The position numbers and the translations under genes were made by a program. A stretch of DNA of 64,000 bases from an uncultured Alphaproteobacteria bacterium (GTDB lineage Bacteria > Pseudomonadota > Alphaproteobacteria > Rhizobiales > Hyphomicrobiaceae). The notes beneath the pieces were generated by a model. That model was given only the letters and a program-made list of their open reading frames with translations. It ran no database searches and was not told the DNA's origin. This document shows, piece after piece, positions 28,788 to 38,866 of the stretch (the stretch's first letter is position 1; each line of letters starts with the position of its first letter). The stretch covers positions 3,520 through 67,519 of the forward strand of contig CAVWOY010000007.1 of the NCBI GenBank assembly GCA_963756735.1, read 5' to 3'.

Positions 28788-29639
28788 CTACCAGGCGAGC
28801 TCCGATAGGGCAGCCACGGGTGCGAAAGGGGTGGCCGCGAACAGTTTCTCGAGTACCTCGGCGTCGAGGCCGTCGGGCGCGAAGATCGGGCTGGCGATGA
28901 ACACCGAGCGCAGCCCCGCGCCATGCGCCCCCTTGATGTCGGTTTCCACGCCGTCGCCGATGCAAAGGATCTTGTCCCTGCCGACGGGCCGCCCCTTGAG
29001 GCGTGCGATCTCGGCAAGGGTGCGCTGGTAGATGGGCCCGTGCGGCTTGCCGGCGTAGATCACCTTGCCGCCCCTCGTCTCATAGTCGGCGGCGAGCGCG
29101 CCGGCGCAGTAGATGATCTCGTGGCCGCGCTCCACCACGATGTCGGGGTTGGCGCAAATCATGGGAACGCCGCGGGCCGCAAGCGTAGCGAGCAGGCCCG
29201 CGTAGTCGGCGGGCGTCTCCTTGGTGTCGTCGTAGAGGCCCGAGCAGAGCACGGCGTCCGCTTCCTGTGGCGAGGACATACGGACGTCGAAGCCGTCGAA
29301 AAGCCCCTGGTCGCGCTCCGGGCCGATGTGCAGCAGCTTCCGGCCCTGCCACTCGCAGATCATGTCGCGAGTGGCATCGCCCGAGGTCACGCCGCCGTCG
29401 TAGGCCTTGGGGTCGACGCCCAGCGAGGTCATGTGCGGGATAACGAAGCGGAACGGCCGCGGCGCGTTGGACAGCAGCACCACGATGCCGCCGGCCTCGC
29501 GAAACCTGATGCAGGCCTCGCCGGCGGCCCTGTGGGCGCGCGCACCGTTGTGCATCACGCCCCAGATGTCGACGATCCATGCCTCGCTCGAGGAGGCGAG
29601 CTCGGCAATCGAGGAGAGGATGGGGACGGCCGGCGACAT
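28788..29639 (-). CDS. HAD-IIA family hydrolase (TIGR01459-like)
   Basis: WIVDIWGVMHNG (DxWGV.H.G motif), LLSNAPR, ANPD, CIGDGVETDIKGA. I prefer start ATG 29639 to 29675. Confidence 0.8.
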   Translation of the reverse strand: MSPAVPILSSIAELASSSEAWIVDIWGVMHNGARAHRAAGEACIRFREAGGIVVLLSNAPRPFRFVIPHMTSLGVDPKAYDGGVTSGDATRDMICEWQGRKLLHIGPERDQGLFDGFDVRMSSPQEADAVLCSGLYDDTKETPADYAGLLATLAARGVPMICANPDIVVERGHEIIYCAGALAADYETRGGKVIYAGKPHGPIYQRTLAEIARLKGRPVGRDKILCIGDGVETDIKGAHGAGLRSVFIASPIFAPDGLDAEVLEKLFAATPFAPVAALSELAW

Positions 29640-29671
29640 CGGCCATCCCCTAGCGGGTGGGAGCGGCGCAA

Positions 29672-31267
29672 TCAAGCTGCGGCGGCGCCGCGGTCCGCGA
29701 CAACCTCGGGCTTCACCAGCTTCGGCCCGCCGAACAGCGTGCCATGGCCGAGCAGCACGCCAAAGCCCAGGATGCGCGCCAGCAGCCAGTCGTCCTCGAT
29801 GCGGCCGACGATCAGGGCAAGGCCGAACTCCGCCAGATAGCGGCAGATGTCGGAGGCCGGGATGCGTCCGCTGGAGGTGGGCAGCCCTTCGAGGAACACA
29901 GGCGCGTCGAGCTTGACGAACTCGAAGCCCATGGCCTTGAGGCGGCCGAAGTCCATGTCGAGGTCGGTGACGTCCTCGAGCGCGAAGCGGAAGCCGTTGG
30001 CGGCCATGGTGCCCAGCGCCTCGGCATGCACGGGCGTGAACGTGCGCACATCGCTCTGCGTGAAGGACAGCACCAGGCTGATGCGGCCGTCGGAGCCGGG
30101 CTGAAGGGCCGTAGCATCGAGGAAGTCGCCGTCGGCCAGCGATTCCCCGGCCAGCGCGGTCATCAGCGACCCCTGCCGCCCCCGCTCGCTCAAGCGCCGC
30201 GCCACCCGCGCCGCCCGCAGCATGCGCGCGGCATCGAGGCGCGGCATCAGGCCCGAGCCGCGCGCAACGCGCGAGAACTCGCTCTGCTCGACCCCGGCGC
30301 CATCGGCCATGCGCAGCCTGACGCTGACCTCGTAGTGGCGGGGCCGGTTCTTCTCCGACAATGCATGGATCGGCTGCAGCAGCACCTCGATGCGCTCGGC
30401 GGCGATGGCTTCGGCAATGCGCGCGAGCTTGGGATCGAGCTGCGGCGGGGCACCAGCGCGCATGTGCGCGCCGCGGGGAGCGCCCAATCCGGCTCCTGCA
30501 CCGTGCGCGGCGTCCGCGCCGGAGCCGCGCATGCTGCGGGCCGTGGTTTCCAGCGCGGCGACCGAGTGGCCGATCATGGCTTGCGTTCTATCGTCCGGCG
30601 CGGCCTCGGGCTCGCCGTCGCGTGCGGGCGGGCCGGAGCTGAGCTCGTTGGCGAGCTTCTTGATGAGCTCCTGGATGAGCTCGACGTTCATTTCCGGCGG
30701 CGCGTCGGCAGCGCCAGGCTCGGCCTCAGCCTCCGGCGCATCGCCCAGCAAGCGCGCCTGCGGCGCCGGCTCGTCCTCGAAGTAGGGTGAGCGCGAGGGT
30801 CTGAACGTGAATGGGTCATCGGCCCCGGCGGGTGCCAGATCCTCCTCCGCGCCGCCCTGCTGCATGGGAGGCATCGGCAACGGCTCGGGCCACTGACCGG
30901 GCTCGGCCTGGTGGGGAGCCGCGCCCAGCGCGGGCAATGCCGGATCGGCGTATCCGCCGCGCTCGGCAAGCATGGATTCGAACCGCTCGCCGGAGGCATC
31001 GGTGTGCCAGTGGTCGCCGTCGCTGCCGTGGTCGTAGCGCTCGGGCTCCTCCGCACCATCCTTGAACGTGCGGCGCACGAGCAGGTGGAGGAGCAGCAGG
31101 CCGCAATAGATCGCCAGCGCCGAAAGCAGTGCCGATGACAGCTCGAGGCCCAAGCGCGAGATGAGCCAGGCGCCGGAGGCAAGCGACAGCAGGGTGGCCG
31201 ACAGGATGACGAACACGTCGCCGAAACGCGTGAGCAAAGGCTCAGACTTTGCCAACTGTTGTGTCAT
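29672..31267 (-). CDS. Membrane-anchored protein with a degenerate EAL domain
   Basis: Start ATG 31267. Two N-terminal TM helices and a Pro/Ala/Glu-rich linker. EAL-fold segment LLQPIHAL..HYEVSVRL..VKLD, but ELTE is replaced by SFTQ, DDFG by EDVT and QG by HG. Confidence 0.75.
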   Translation of the reverse strand: MTQQLAKSEPLLTRFGDVFVILSATLLSLASGAWLISRLGLELSSALLSALAIYCGLLLLHLLVRRTFKDGAEEPERYDHGSDGDHWHTDASGERFESMLAERGGYADPALPALGAAPHQAEPGQWPEPLPMPPMQQGGAEEDLAPAGADDPFTFRPSRSPYFEDEPAPQARLLGDAPEAEAEPGAADAPPEMNVELIQELIKKLANELSSGPPARDGEPEAAPDDRTQAMIGHSVAALETTARSMRGSGADAAHGAGAGLGAPRGAHMRAGAPPQLDPKLARIAEAIAAERIEVLLQPIHALSEKNRPRHYEVSVRLRMADGAGVEQSEFSRVARGSGLMPRLDAARMLRAARVARRLSERGRQGSLMTALAGESLADGDFLDATALQPGSDGRISLVLSFTQSDVRTFTPVHAEALGTMAANGFRFALEDVTDLDMDFGRLKAMGFEFVKLDAPVFLEGLPTSSGRIPASDICRYLAEFGLALIVGRIEDDWLLARILGFGVLLGHGTLFGGPKLVKPEVVADRGAAAA

Positions 31268-31488
31268 TGGGTACCCGTTTGGTGCTCGATTACGAATCAC
31301 GCCGAACCTCGCAGCGAGCTTTCGCGAGCCAGCGCTGCAGCGGCAACCGGTGCGTTCCGACTATCACCAGTTTTCAATCCGCGCCCTGCCGGCTGGGGCA
31401 CTGATTCGCAGGCCTTTTTATGGCCGTTGGGATCGCCTAAGTGCCACGGCGGCAGCAGGATTTTGGGCGATGTTGCACAAGGGTGCCC

Positions 31489-31965
31489 ATGCCGAACGAA
31501 CTCATTCCCTTCGCCGAGTTTGCCCAACTGAGGCTCACAGAATTTCTGGGTGCGCACCCGGCCCTGCTCGACAAAGTCGCGCATATGGAGGGCGGGTGGG
31601 AGTTCATGGGCGGAATGTGGCTCGGCGAGGGGCTGGGCTTCACGGATTTCCTGCGCCTTGAGACGATGCCGAAGGAGCTGGGCTGCCTGTCGCTATCTCT
31701 CGCCGAACTTCCCGAAGAGGTCAGCGCCGCCGTTTTCGCGCGACTGGGGCTACCGCTGGGCCGCGGGATGACCCGTGCGGAGATCGATGCGCATCTGGGT
31801 TCGCCGGAGCGGCAATACCAGTTCGTAGCCGATCGGAAGAGCTTCGATTACACGGTGGGCCGCGTGTGGCCCTACCACGTCGGCTGCACGGTGCACGACC
31901 GGGATGGGCTGATCTACGTGGTGGTTGCGCGCAAAGACGTACTTGCGCTGTGCGAGCCGGAGTGA
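31489..31965 (+). CDS. Hypothetical protein
   Basis: ATG 31489 (MPNELIPFAEF...). Coding-like GC3. No recognisable family. Confidence 0.5.
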   Translation: MPNELIPFAEFAQLRLTEFLGAHPALLDKVAHMEGGWEFMGGMWLGEGLGFTDFLRLETMPKELGCLSLSLAELPEEVSAAVFARLGLPLGRGMTRAEIDAHLGSPERQYQFVADRKSFDYTVGRVWPYHVGCTVHDRDGLIYVVVARKDVLALCEPE

Positions 31966-31968
31966 GGT

Positions 31969-32002
31969 GGGGCGCAATAAGGCTATCGCCTTGTGCGCCC
32001 TA
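31969..32002. repeat. REP-like palindrome of the GGGCGCAAT type
   Basis: ggggcgcaataaggctatcgccttgtgcgcccta. Lies between two convergent genes. Confidence 0.75.
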
Positions 32003-32007
32003 CCGAT

Positions 32008-33336
32008 TCACGCCACCGCCTTCAGCACCTTGGCGAGGCGGTCGCGGATCTCGGCGATGTCGGCCTCGGTGGCGATCAGCGGCGGCGCTACCACCAGCGT
32101 GTCCATGGCCACGCGCACGTAGATGTCGAGGTCATGATACATGCGCTCGGTGGCCTCGTAGCCGCGCACGCCGGGCTTGCCGGCGATGGGGTCGAGGTCG
32201 ATGCCGCAGAGCAGGCCCACCGTGCGGATGTCGGCGACGTTGGGCTGGCCCTTCAGGCTCATCATGGCGTCGGCGAACACCGGCTCCAGCTTGGCAGCGC
32301 GCTCGAACAGGCCCTCGTCCTTGTAGATGTCGAGGGTGGCGATGCCGGCGGCGGCAGCCAGCGGGTGGCCCGAGTAGGTGTAGCCGTGGAACAGCTCCAC
32401 CATGTGCTCCGGCCCGGTCATGAACGCATCGTAGATGGTCTTGGAGGCCAGCACGCCGGCCATGGGCACGGCGGCGTTGGTCACGCCCTTGGCGAAGGTG
32501 ATCATGTCGGGTGTCACGCCGTAGCGCTCGGAGGCGAAGCAGTGCCCGAGGCGGCCGAAGCCGGTGATGACCTCGTCGAAGATCAGCAGGATGCCGTGCT
32601 GCGCCGTGATCTGGCGCAGCTTCTCGAGGTAGCCCTTGGGCGGTGGCAGGATGCCGGTCGAGCCCGCCACCGGCTCCACGATCACCGCGGCAATGGTGGA
32701 GGCATCGTGCAGATTGATCAGCCGGGTCAGTTCGTCGGCCAGATGCGCGCCCCACGCGGGCTCGCCCTTGGTGAAGGCCTGCTCGGCGCGGTTATAGGTG
32801 CTCTGGAGGTGGTCGACGCCGGTCAGCATATTGCCGAACTGCTTGCGGTTGGCGACCATGCCGCCCACCGAGATGCCGCCGAAGCCGATGCCGTGGTAGC
32901 CGCGCTCGCGGCCGATGAAGCGGGTGCGCGCGCCATCGCCCCTGGCCTTGTGGTAGCCGAGCGCGATCTTCAGCGCCGTATCGACCGCCTCGCTGCCCGA
33001 GTTGGAGAAAAACGCGTAATCGAGGTCGCCCGGCGCCAGCAGGGCGAGGCGGGAAGCCAGCTCGAACACCTTGGGGTGGCCGTACTGGAAGGCCGGGGCG
33101 TAGTCGAGCTTGCCCGCCATCTCCTGGATGGCCTTGACGATCGGCTCGCGGCAATGGCCGGCGTTGACGCAGAACAGGCCCGAGGTGGCGTCGATCACCT
33201 TGGTGCCGTCGGGCTTGAAGTAGTGCATGCCCTTGGCGCCGGCGAACAGCCGCGGGCGCTTCTTGAAGGCGCGGTTGGGGGTGAAGGGGATCCAATAGGG
33301 CTCGAGCTCGTTGGGCTTCACGTCGAGCGGCGCCAT
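32008..33336 (-). CDS. Class III (omega) aminotransferase, beta-alanine/pyruvate transaminase-like
   Basis: Intact 442 aa. SGSEAVDTALK, FDEVITGFGRLG, PLP-lysine context FAKGVTN. Confidence 0.9.
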   Translation of the reverse strand: MAPLDVKPNELEPYWIPFTPNRAFKKRPRLFAGAKGMHYFKPDGTKVIDATSGLFCVNAGHCREPIVKAIQEMAGKLDYAPAFQYGHPKVFELASRLALLAPGDLDYAFFSNSGSEAVDTALKIALGYHKARGDGARTRFIGRERGYHGIGFGGISVGGMVANRKQFGNMLTGVDHLQSTYNRAEQAFTKGEPAWGAHLADELTRLINLHDASTIAAVIVEPVAGSTGILPPPKGYLEKLRQITAQHGILLIFDEVITGFGRLGHCFASERYGVTPDMITFAKGVTNAAVPMAGVLASKTIYDAFMTGPEHMVELFHGYTYSGHPLAAAAGIATLDIYKDEGLFERAAKLEPVFADAMMSLKGQPNVADIRTVGLLCGIDLDPIAGKPGVRGYEATERMYHDLDIYVRVAMDTLVVAPPLIATEADIAEIRDRLAKVLKAVA

Positions 33337-33764
33337 GGCTCATCTCCGGGCAGGGGGTGGGTGACCTTGGGCCGCTTCTAGCAGGGCGGGCGGCGGCCTC
33401 CAAGCGCGACCGGCGCATGCCAGGGCCTCCGGGCCTCGGCCGCCTGCATCGGGCTTTTTCCTTGCGCGTCAGGTGCCTATGGCCGGTCGGCCAGACCGCT
33501 GTTGCTCGGTCGACGGGCAGGCGGGCATTGTCACGCGGCGTTGCCAGTCGAACCCAATATGCTGGCAAGCGAATGTTCCTTACGGAGTGCTGTAGAGCAC
33601 AAGCCTTCGATCCGCCACAGACCTGCCGGGTATCCGCACGGATTCAGGCACACGGCCACCCGAATCGGGCTCGCATTTAGGCCTTGTTAGCCGAATCGGC
33701 GCGAGAAGCGGTGAAGCGAGCCGCGCCCGAGCCGAAGTGGCTGCGTTGAGGAGGAAGGCCCCCA

Positions 33765-34490
33765 ATGTTGATGAGTGTCATCGAGGGAACCCCGCAGGTC
33801 CCTACGTACCCGGACCTTGCCGGAAAGCGGGTGCTGATCACCGGGCTGACCAGCACGTGCGGGGTGGAGATCGTGCGCGCGTTCGCCGAGCACAAGGCCA
33901 GGCTGGTGTTGCAGTCGGCCGAGGACAGCGTCGCCATGGAAACGGTGGCCGAGATCGCTGCCACCGAGGCTCTCGATATCAAGTCCTACGGCGATGTGCG
34001 CCGCGACAGCGACGAGATCGTGCGCTTCGCCAAGGCCGCGGTGACCGCCTACGGCGGGCTCGACGTGGTGGTCAACCTGGTGCCGCTGGATATGCAAGTC
34101 CTCGACCGTGGGGCTGAGGTGGCCGACGTGGAGCGCCAGATCGCCAGGCAGCTTGCCGTGCCGTTCCTGCTCTCGCAGATCGCCGCCAACCGTATGAGCC
34201 TGACGCTAACCGACGGGCTGGTCCTCAACGTCGCGCTGCTGGGCGGCAGGGCCGGCGCCGCGCGCCGTGCCTTCGCCACGCTGGCCAAGGCGGCGCTGAC
34301 GGACTTGACCCGGGCGCAGGCCGAGGAGTGGGCGGGCCGCGCCATCCGCTTCAATGCGATCGCGCCGGCCGCGCTCGACCATGGCGCCGAGGGGCTCTCG
34401 GGCGAGCCCGACATCGCCGTCCTGGCGCTGCATCTGGCCTCCTCGCGCGGCGCGAGCCTGTCGGGCTGCGTGTTCGAGGCGGAGATGTAG
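33765..34490 (+). CDS. SDR-fold protein with degenerate cofactor and catalytic motifs
   Basis: RBS gaggagga. VLITGLTSTCGVEIV stands in place of TGxxxGIG. FATLAKAAL stands where YxxxK is expected, so there is no Tyr. Confidence 0.7.
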   Translation: MLMSVIEGTPQVPTYPDLAGKRVLITGLTSTCGVEIVRAFAEHKARLVLQSAEDSVAMETVAEIAATEALDIKSYGDVRRDSDEIVRFAKAAVTAYGGLDVVVNLVPLDMQVLDRGAEVADVERQIARQLAVPFLLSQIAANRMSLTLTDGLVLNVALLGGRAGAARRAFATLAKAALTDLTRAQAEEWAGRAIRFNAIAPAALDHGAEGLSGEPDIAVLALHLASSRGASLSGCVFEAEM

Positions 34491-34493
34491 GGG

Positions 34494-34585
34494 CGTAGGT
34501 CGGGTCAGCGCGGTAGCGCGTAACCCGACATCGCTTCGCACGTCGAAAGTGTGGGCTACGGGCTACCGCCCTAACCAACCTACGA
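34494..34585. repeat. Pair of REP-like elements (GTAGGTCGGGT... forward, ...AACCAACCTAC reverse)
   Basis: cgtaggtcgggtcagcgcggtagcgcgtaacccgaca (34494-34530) and gggctacgggctaccgccctaaccaacctac (~34553-34585). Confidence 0.75.
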
Positions 34586-34648
34586 GCTAAATTGCTTGGC
34601 CCCAGCTCAGGGCCAAGCCAGAAGCCGTCGAGCATACGGCATATCGCG

Positions 34649-35723
34649 CTACGGTATTTCCACGATTTCGACCCAGTTGGCGCCGTTGCCGACCGGATAG
34701 CGGTTGATCTCAGTGAGCCGGCCGTTGCTCGGGTTGATCTTGTAAACCGCCAGGCGATCGGACTTTTCGCCCGAGGCAACCAGATAGGCCCCGCTCGGAT
34801 CGATCTTGATGCCGCGCGGCTGCTTCTCGGTGGAGAAATTGGTCACATACTTCAGCTTTCCTGTCCCCGGCGCGACGGAGAACAGCGCGATCTTGCTTAG
34901 CGTGCGCTCCGTGGAATACAGGAATTTACCGTTGGGGGTGAGCTGAATATCGGCGGCCCAGACCTTCGGTTTGTCGTCGGCTTTTGGCGCACCGGGTGGG
35001 GGTGCTGTGCCTGCCGGTGCCTGCGCGACACCAGGTACAAGACCGGCCTCCGGCGGCACTGAGCCCACACTGTCCACCTCCCTCAAGGTTCCCTTCTTCT
35101 GATCGACGGCGAACTGCGCAATATTTCCCGTCAGCTCATTGAGAACATAGAGGTGCCTGTTGTCGCGCGCGAACACGAGGTGCCGCGGACCGTCGCCAGG
35201 GCGCGCCATCACCGCCGCCGGTTCGTTGGCCGTCAGCTTGCCGGTCTTGGCGTCGAACAGGAACTGCAGGACCTGATTGGCACCGAGAGTGGGCACGTAA
35301 ACGAACTTGTTCGTGCGGTCGGCCAAGATGGCATGCGCATTCCTGCCGGTTGCAATGACCGGATGGCTCACGCTGTGATCGCGGTTGCTTCCGGTGCGTC
35401 CACTGAGACGTAGGGCATGCTGGAAGAGGGCCGTGGCTTTCGCGCAGGGCACCAGTCCGGTTGCCTGATGACCCGGGGCTCTCAGCTCGACTCTTGTTCG
35501 GGCTCACCGCCATCGGCATCACCAGCTTGCCAGCGTCGGCCTTGCCGATTGGCGTCAACGCGCCAGTACGCTTGTCCAGGGTATAGGCATCGATGTTGCT
35601 GTCTTGGGCATTCGAGACATAAACGAATGTTTTGGCGAAAGCCGGCACCGCGCCGGCCGCGCACAGGATCAAGGCCGCCAGGCTCAAGTCCCTCAGCGCA
35701 TTCAGTGACAGCTGCATGGGCAT
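34649..35723 (-). CDS. Exported 7-bladed beta-propeller lactonase (6-phosphogluconolactonase-like); at least 2 frame breaks around 35400-35480
   Basis: MPMQLSLNALRDLSLAALILCAAGAVPAFA signal + TFVYVSNAQDSNIDAYTLD. Continues in ORF 34649..35452 as NKFVYVPTLGANQVLQFLFDAKTGKLT...PRHLVF...YVLNELTGNIAQF. Confidence 0.75.
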
Positions 35724-35859
35724 TCCTCCTGTGTGGTCGTGACGATTGTCTTGGTTCTGCTCTTTGTCGGGCAGCCGAATTGACGTCTGCGGGGCACCAC
35801 ACGGTCAGCCACCCCAGGAACGCCGCGAGCTCCTTGATGACAATGGATGCTGCCTGCGG

Positions 35860-36906
35860 TCAGGCGGGGAACTGGGCGCTCGGCGTCGAGCGCGAGATCT
35901 CGACCTCCTCCGGCGTCATGTCGGCCGGGACGTTGGCGAACAGCGGCGTCGACAGGTAGCGCTCGCCGGTGTCGGGCAGCATGGCGAGGATGGTGGAGCC
36001 TTTCGGCGCCTCAGCGGCGATCCTGAGCGCCCCCGCAAACGTGGCGCCCGAGGTGATGCCGACGAAGATGCCTTCCTTGGTGGCGAGCTCGTTGCTCATC
36101 TTGATGGCCTCGGGGCCCGGGACCGGGATCAGCTTGTGGATCACCTTCATGGCGACGGCGTCTTCCGTGATCTTCGGAATGAAGTCCGGCGTCCAGCCCT
36201 GCATGGGATGCGGCTTGAAGGCCGGATGCCCTGCGGCCGGCGAGCCGTCGGGATTGCGCGTCTGCTCGGTGCCGCTGGCGATGAGCTGCGCATCCTCGGG
36301 CTCGCACACGATGATCTTGGTGTTGGGCATCTCCTTGGCCAGCACGCGCGCCACGCCCTTCAAGGTGCCGCCGGTGCCGTAGCCCGTCACCCAATAGTCG
36401 AGCTTCTCGCCCTTGAAGTCGTCGATGATCTCGCGTGCGGTGGTCTTGGAGTGATAGTCCGGGTTGGCCTCGTTCTCGAACTGGCGGGTGAGGAACCAGC
36501 CGTGCGTCCTGGCGAGCTCGATGGCCTTCGTCACCATGCCCATGCCGCGCTGGGCCTGCGGGGTGAGCACCACCTTGGCGCCGAGGAAGCGCATGAGGCG
36601 CCGCCGCTCGACGCTGAACTGCTCGGCCATGGTGACGACAAGCGGGTAGCCCTTGGCGGCGCACACCATGGCGAGCCCGATGCCGGTGTTGCCGCTGGTG
36701 GCCTCGATCACCGTTTGGCCGGGCTTCAGCTCGCCCGACTTCTCCGCGGCCTCGATGACGCCGAGCGCGAGGCGGTCCTTGACCGAGCCCAGCGGGTTGA
36801 AGGCTTCGATCTTGACGTACAGGTTCACGCCTGGGGGCGCGAGGCGGTTGATCTTCACCACCGGCGTCTTGCCGACCGTGCCCAGAATGCTGTCGTACTT
36901 GCTCAT
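35860..36906 (-). CDS. cysK: Cysteine synthase A / O-acetylserine sulfhydrylase (long form)
   Basis: Intact 348 aa. PLP-lysine context NPLGSVKDR, TSGNTGIGLA, GTGGT loop. Confidence 0.85.
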   Translation of the reverse strand: MSKYDSILGTVGKTPVVKINRLAPPGVNLYVKIEAFNPLGSVKDRLALGVIEAAEKSGELKPGQTVIEATSGNTGIGLAMVCAAKGYPLVVTMAEQFSVERRRLMRFLGAKVVLTPQAQRGMGMVTKAIELARTHGWFLTRQFENEANPDYHSKTTAREIIDDFKGEKLDYWVTGYGTGGTLKGVARVLAKEMPNTKIIVCEPEDAQLIASGTEQTRNPDGSPAAGHPAFKPHPMQGWTPDFIPKITEDAVAMKVIHKLIPVPGPEAIKMSNELATKEGIFVGITSGATFAGALRIAAEAPKGSTILAMLPDTGERYLSTPLFANVPADMTPEEVEISRSTPSAQFPA

Positions 36907-37107
36907 GATCGCTCCTGTAGGCTCGTGAACCGCCCCCCGCCGTGGCCTGGGGTGATAGCACGGGCGCGCAAAGGCGCAGTCTGCTGCGTGCAGCGAGCGG
37001 TTGCAACGCCAGATAGGGACGCGGTGTCTTTCAGGCTGGCGTGCCGCAGACCAATGGTGCGCGCGATGAGACCGGTGGCTTGGTGCCGTTGCAAGAAGTA
37101 AGAGCGC

Positions 37108-38715
37108 TTACGTTCCGGCGAGGGTCACCGGAATGGAAGCCCTCACAATCGTCCTGCTGCTCGCGGACGTTATCTCGAGTGTGCCACCCATTCGATGAAC
37201 GCGCTCGCGCATGCGTGCGAGTCCCAATCCCCAGCTGGCCGTGGTCGATGTCAGCCGTTGAATGAGCGCTCCCATGTTGGACGTCCACGGCATCCCTCTC
37301 CCGGCGTCCTCAATTGCTACGACGACCCCGCCTCCAGCCGATCCCGGGTCACGCTGGATGCTAACCCGCGCCGTGGCACTTCCCGAATGCTGTCGGACAT
37401 TCGCCAGCGCTTCCTCAACGACGCGAAAGATCGTCAACTCGACGTCAGGCGGCAACCGTCCGAGCCCGGAGGCTTCGAGAGCAACCACAATTCCGCTAAG
37501 TTCCGAGTAGCTATGCAAGCGCGCGCGAAGGGCCACCTCCAAACCTGCTTCCTCGAGCATCGGAGGATGCAGCAGGTACGAGATCTCTCTAAGATCTTGT
37601 ATCGATCTCTGAACGGTCTGCTCCAGCTCGGTTTGAGCAGACTGCTGGCTGAGTGCCCATGTGGCGGCCACGAGCCGCTGACTGATGTCATCAAGCAAGC
37701 GCTTCGCTATTTGTCGCCGCTCGGCGTCCTGCGCACCCAAAACGAACCGGGCGAGGCGGGCCGTCGTTCGCTCGGCGCTTCGCAATTGGTCGGCCGATGC
37801 ACCCAACAATAGTGTGGTCACGGACACGACCACGAGAAACAGCTGGAGCGCCAGAACGTTCTCCTCGACGTTCGCGCCGGAGAAGATGGTCGGGCCTTGC
37901 AGCGAGCTTGCGATGGAGCCGACGGTCATCACCAACACGGCCGCGGTCGCGCCTATGCTTTGAAACCGCACAGCCGCCCAAACGACGAAAGGCAACGGCA
38001 GGTACAGCAGGCTTGGGATGTAAGAGGGATTGGCAAAGGAGTGTACTCTGAAGGCGATGGCGCAAGCGAGCCCCAGGCCCGCCAGGAGAAACGACGCTTC
38101 GATGTGTCGCCAACCGGAGCGGAATTCCACCCAATCATCGCCGTTCTTCGCCATCCACGCCAGAAGCATGGCACCAAGCGAAAGAGCGCCGAGTGCATTG
38201 GCAATGAACCATTCGGCCCAGAACTGCTGGTAGTGCCCGAGCTCCCCACCGCCAGTGATGCGCACAAACGCGCCGCCCAACGCCGCAATGCCCGGACCGA
38301 GGACAGCAGCGACGAGCACATAGGCCAATGCCCCTTGCAGCGTGTTGAGCCACGGCGGCGCACCCAACAGGCAACGCAGACCGAATGCGCTTATCAATGC
38401 AACCATACTGTTGGTCGCAAAGGCGACGAACAGCTGTTGCCAACCCATGCCAATCCCAAGCTCGGCAATGATATGGGCCGGTAGAACGGCCAAGATGTAG
38501 TGTGGCCAGCGTCGATAGGGGGCGAAGGCCAGCGCGCACAGCAGGATCGCGTTAGGTGGCCAGAACGGAGCGAAGATCTTGTCCGTCAGCGTACCAACGA
38601 GAAATGCTGCCTCGGCCCCCACATAATAGGCGAGGCCTACGAGCAGCGGCCCTTGCACCTCTGAAAGGTGAAGCCTCGCAGAGGGGGGAAGCGATCCGAT
38701 ATTGGCGCCACTCAT
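37108..38715 (-). CDS. MASE1-domain sensor kinase of the HisKA_3/NarX type; Leu at the expected phospho-His position
   Basis: N-terminal MASE1-like multi-TM region. Dimerisation box AERRQIAKRLLDDISQ where the family has ..R.LHD. LLHPPMLEEAGL. HATPase EEALANVRQHS, IEDAGRGM. I prefer start ATG 38715 to 38814. Confidence 0.75.
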   Translation of the reverse strand: MSGANIGSLPPSARLHLSEVQGPLLVGLAYYVGAEAAFLVGTLTDKIFAPFWPPNAILLCALAFAPYRRWPHYILAVLPAHIIAELGIGMGWQQLFVAFATNSMVALISAFGLRCLLGAPPWLNTLQGALAYVLVAAVLGPGIAALGGAFVRITGGGELGHYQQFWAEWFIANALGALSLGAMLLAWMAKNGDDWVEFRSGWRHIEASFLLAGLGLACAIAFRVHSFANPSYIPSLLYLPLPFVVWAAVRFQSIGATAAVLVMTVGSIASSLQGPTIFSGANVEENVLALQLFLVVVSVTTLLLGASADQLRSAERTTARLARFVLGAQDAERRQIAKRLLDDISQRLVAATWALSQQSAQTELEQTVQRSIQDLREISYLLHPPMLEEAGLEVALRARLHSYSELSGIVVALEASGLGRLPPDVELTIFRVVEEALANVRQHSGSATARVSIQRDPGSAGGGVVVAIEDAGRGMPWTSNMGALIQRLTSTTASWGLGLARMRERVHRMGGTLEITSASSRTIVRASIPVTLAGT

Positions 38716-38866
38716 GCGTGCCACACCCACGCAGCCGGAGACGCCGGACAGGGGCACGAATAAGAGAGGCTGTCCAGAGCCAAACGCGTCTTCACAACGA
38801 GCCGCGAAACCCACCGTGCCACGTGCGGGCGTCCGGCAAGAGCGGATGATCAGCCCGGAATACTGC

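Noticed and set aside
36907-37107. 200-nt cysK leader checked for a riboswitch (repeated ttgcaac motifs).
   Set aside because: I cannot match it by eye to any riboswitch consensus that I can reproduce reliably. This would need a covariance-model search.
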